From NCBI GenBank assembly GCA_035495435.1, contig DATJFV010000046.1:24072-88071 (forward strand): DNA of 64,000 bases, given 5' to 3'. Shown one piece after another: positions 62,354-64,000 of this stretch. Positions within the stretch are counted from its first letter, which is position 1; each line of letters begins with the position of its first letter. The translations under genes were made by a program, and so were the position numbers. The notes beneath the pieces were generated by a model that was not told the DNA's origin, searched no databases, and saw only the letters and a program-made list of their open reading frames with translations. This DNA is from Pseudolysinimonas sp. Lineage in GTDB: Bacteria; Actinomycetota; Actinomycetes; Actinomycetales; Microbacteriaceae.

Positions 62354-63223
62354 TCAGGTGTTCTGACCGAGACGCTTTCGCCGGATGCCCGCAGCGACCT
62401 GGGCGATGATCACACCGATGATCGCGATCAGGAACACCGCGGAGGCGATCACGTTGGCCTGCGCGGGGATGCCGCGCGTCGCCGCCGTGTAGATGTACTT
62501 CGGGAAGGTGACTGCGGCACCGGAGTTGAAGTTGGTGATGATGAAGTCGTCGAAGCTCAGCGCGAACGACAGCAGTGCGGCGGCGATGATGCCCGGCAGC
62601 AGCAGGGGGAAGGTGATCCGCCAGAACACCTGCGCGGGGCTCGCGTACAGGTCTCGTCCGGCCTCCTCGAGCGCCGGATCGAGGCTCGCGACCCGCGCGC
62701 GCACGGTGACCACGACGAAACTGATGCAGAACATCGTGTGCGCCAGGATGATCGTCACGATGCCCTTGGAGACGCCGGCGGCGAGGAACTGCGCAGCCAG
62801 GCCCGCACCCAGCACCACCTCGGGGGTGGCCATCGGCAGGAACAGCAGCAGGGTCGTCGCGGCGCGGAACCGGAACCGGTAGCGCACCAGGGCGATCGCC
62901 ATCGCCGTGCCGAGTGCGGTCGCCAGCAACGTGGCGACCACGCCGACCAGGATGCTGTTGCCGAAGGCCTCGCAGACCTCCTGCTGGTCGCAGATGTTGA
63001 TCCAGTTGTCGAGGGTGAACCCGCGCCAGGCGATGTTGCTGCGCCGCACCTGGTTGAACGAGAACACGATGGTGTAAACGATCGGGATCAGCAGGAAGAC
63101 GAAGGCGAGGATCGCGTAGACCCCGAGACCCCACTTGCCCACGCCGAGACGGAAGGGGCGACGCGCCGGGGGCGGCGTCGCCTTCGAGGTCTCGGCGATG
63201 GCGGTACCGGCCTGAACGCTCAC
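62354..63223 (-). CDS. ABC transporter permease (spermidine/putrescine PotC-like)
   Basis: 289 aa, 6 TM, with an EAA-type loop (LEEAGRDLYASP). Confidence 0.87.
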   Translation of the reverse strand: MSVQAGTAIAETSKATPPPARRPFRLGVGKWGLGVYAILAFVFLLIPIVYTIVFSFNQVRRSNIAWRGFTLDNWINICDQQEVCEAFGNSILVGVVATLLATALGTAMAIALVRYRFRFRAATTLLLFLPMATPEVVLGAGLAAQFLAAGVSKGIVTIILAHTMFCISFVVVTVRARVASLDPALEEAGRDLYASPAQVFWRITFPLLLPGIIAAALLSFALSFDDFIITNFNSGAAVTFPKYIYTAATRGIPAQANVIASAVFLIAIIGVIIAQVAAGIRRKRLGQNT

Positions 63224-64000
63224 AGCAGGTCCTCCGTTCCCGCGCGCTTCACGTAGATGCTGACGATGACGAGGATCACGAGCATCAAGACGATCGACAG
63301 CGCGGCAGCGGCTGGGTAGTTCTGCAGCTGCAGGAAGTTCGCCTCGATGACGTTTCCGATCATGGCGGTGTCGGGTGCCCCGAGGAAGCTCGTACTGGCG
63401 TTGATGTAGTCGCCCGACGCCGGGATGAAGGTGAGGAGGGTGCCCGAGACGACGCCGGGAAGCGACAGCGGAAGCGTCACCCGCAGGAACGTCGTCGTCG
63501 GGCTGGCATACAGATCGCCGCCGGCCTCGACGTAACGCAGATCGAGGCGTTCGAGCGAGGTGTAGATGGGCAACGTCATGAACGGGATGAAGTTGTAGGT
63601 CAGACCGAAGATGACCGCACCCGGGGTGCCCGTGATGTGCGCACCTTCCGGCAGGATCGTCAACGCGTTCAGCACCGTGAGCACCGGGCCCTCGTCGCTG
63701 AGGATCTGCTTCCAGGCCAGTGTGCGCAGCAGGAAGCTGATGAAGAACGGGGCGATGACGAGCGTCAGGGCCAGCGCCTGCCAGAGCGGGTAGCGCCGCA
63801 GTTTGACCCCGATGAAGTACGCCAGCGGGTAGCCGAACAGCAGGGCGAGAACCGTGGCCAGAGCGGCGTATCCGAATGAGCGGACGATGTGCGGGAAGTA
63901 CGTCGTGATGACGGTGACGTAGTTATCCCATTTGAACGCGTACACGTAGTCGCCGATGTCGCCGAACGGACCGGGTGCCTTGAAGCTGGTGATGATCAGG
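63220..64000 (-). CDS. ABC transporter permease (PotB-like), 5' end outside window
   Basis: The track ORF starts at 63945, but the frame stays open to 64000 (my hand translation: ...LIITSFKAPGPFGDIGDYVYAFKW). EAA loop VEAGGDLYASP. Confidence 0.85.
   Translation of the reverse strand, partial: LIITSFKAPGPFGDIGDYVYAFKWDNYVTVITTYFPHIVRSFGYAALATVLALLFGYPLAYFIGVKLRRYPLWQALALTLVIAPFFISFLLRTLAWKQILSDEGPVLTVLNALTILPEGAHITGTPGAVIFGLTYNFIPFMTLPIYTSLERLDLRYVEAGGDLYASPTTTFLRVTLPLSLPGVVSGTLLTFIPASGDYINASTSFLGAPDTAMIGNVIEANFLQLQNYPAAAALSIVLMLVILVIVSIYVKRAGTEDLL

Noticed and set aside
1-64000. rRNA, tRNA, tmRNA, prophage, integrative element or biosynthetic gene cluster
   Set aside because: The intergenic gaps are short, the largest about 150 nt, and none shows tRNA-like cloverleaf features by eye. 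I found no phage structural, integrase, PKS or NRPS-type ORFs.

Overview
Very GC-rich actinobacterial chromosomal segment. Gene content and order suggest Micrococcales, probably Microbacteriaceae (inference). I support 62 protein-coding genes, two of them running off the window edges. I recognised no rRNA, tRNA, CRISPR array, transposase or integrase. Layout: (i) 1-5.3 kb, miscellaneous enzymes: FAD/Rieske oxidoreductase, M20 peptidase, glycerophosphodiester phosphodiesterase. (ii) 5.4-20.6 kb, a 16-gene co-directional minus-strand array for nucleoside/deoxyribose catabolism, much of it linked by 4-nt start/stop overlaps. It holds a PfkB kinase, two DeoC-family aldolases, GntR and SorC regulators, two nucleoside hydrolases, a dedicated ECF transporter, two tandem nucleoside phosphorylases, an MFS transporter, an aldehyde dehydrogenase and a truncated ALDH-like gene. 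(iii) 20.7-34.8 kb, ribF, truB, a TetR/MFS efflux pair, a frameshifted ketopantoate-reductase-family gene, mutY, an Fpg/Nei glycosylase and an RNB nuclease. (iv) 34.8-42.2 kb, the conserved rbfA-infB-ylxR-nusA block and proS, with a DUF559 gene where rimP would be expected. (v) 42.25-47.27 kb, the most interesting locus: two translationally coupled genes, a TIR-TM-beta-propeller protein and a multi-TM/Rossmann-like/RyR-domain protein. They sit between ispG and proS and are preceded by a triplicated copy of the ispG 3' end. I do not recognise the pair as any named system and propose it as a candidate TIR-signalling, defence-like membrane module. (vi) 47.4-55.7 kb, ispG ... rseP-DUF2330-dxr, interrupted by a LysR/SDR/hydrolase block. 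(vii) 55.8-64 kb, an FKBP lipoprotein, an HExxH coiled-coil protein, LtrA, OsmC, gabT, an asparaginase-II-like gene and polyamine-type ABC permeases. All calls come from reading the ORF translations and the DNA by eye. No database search was run.
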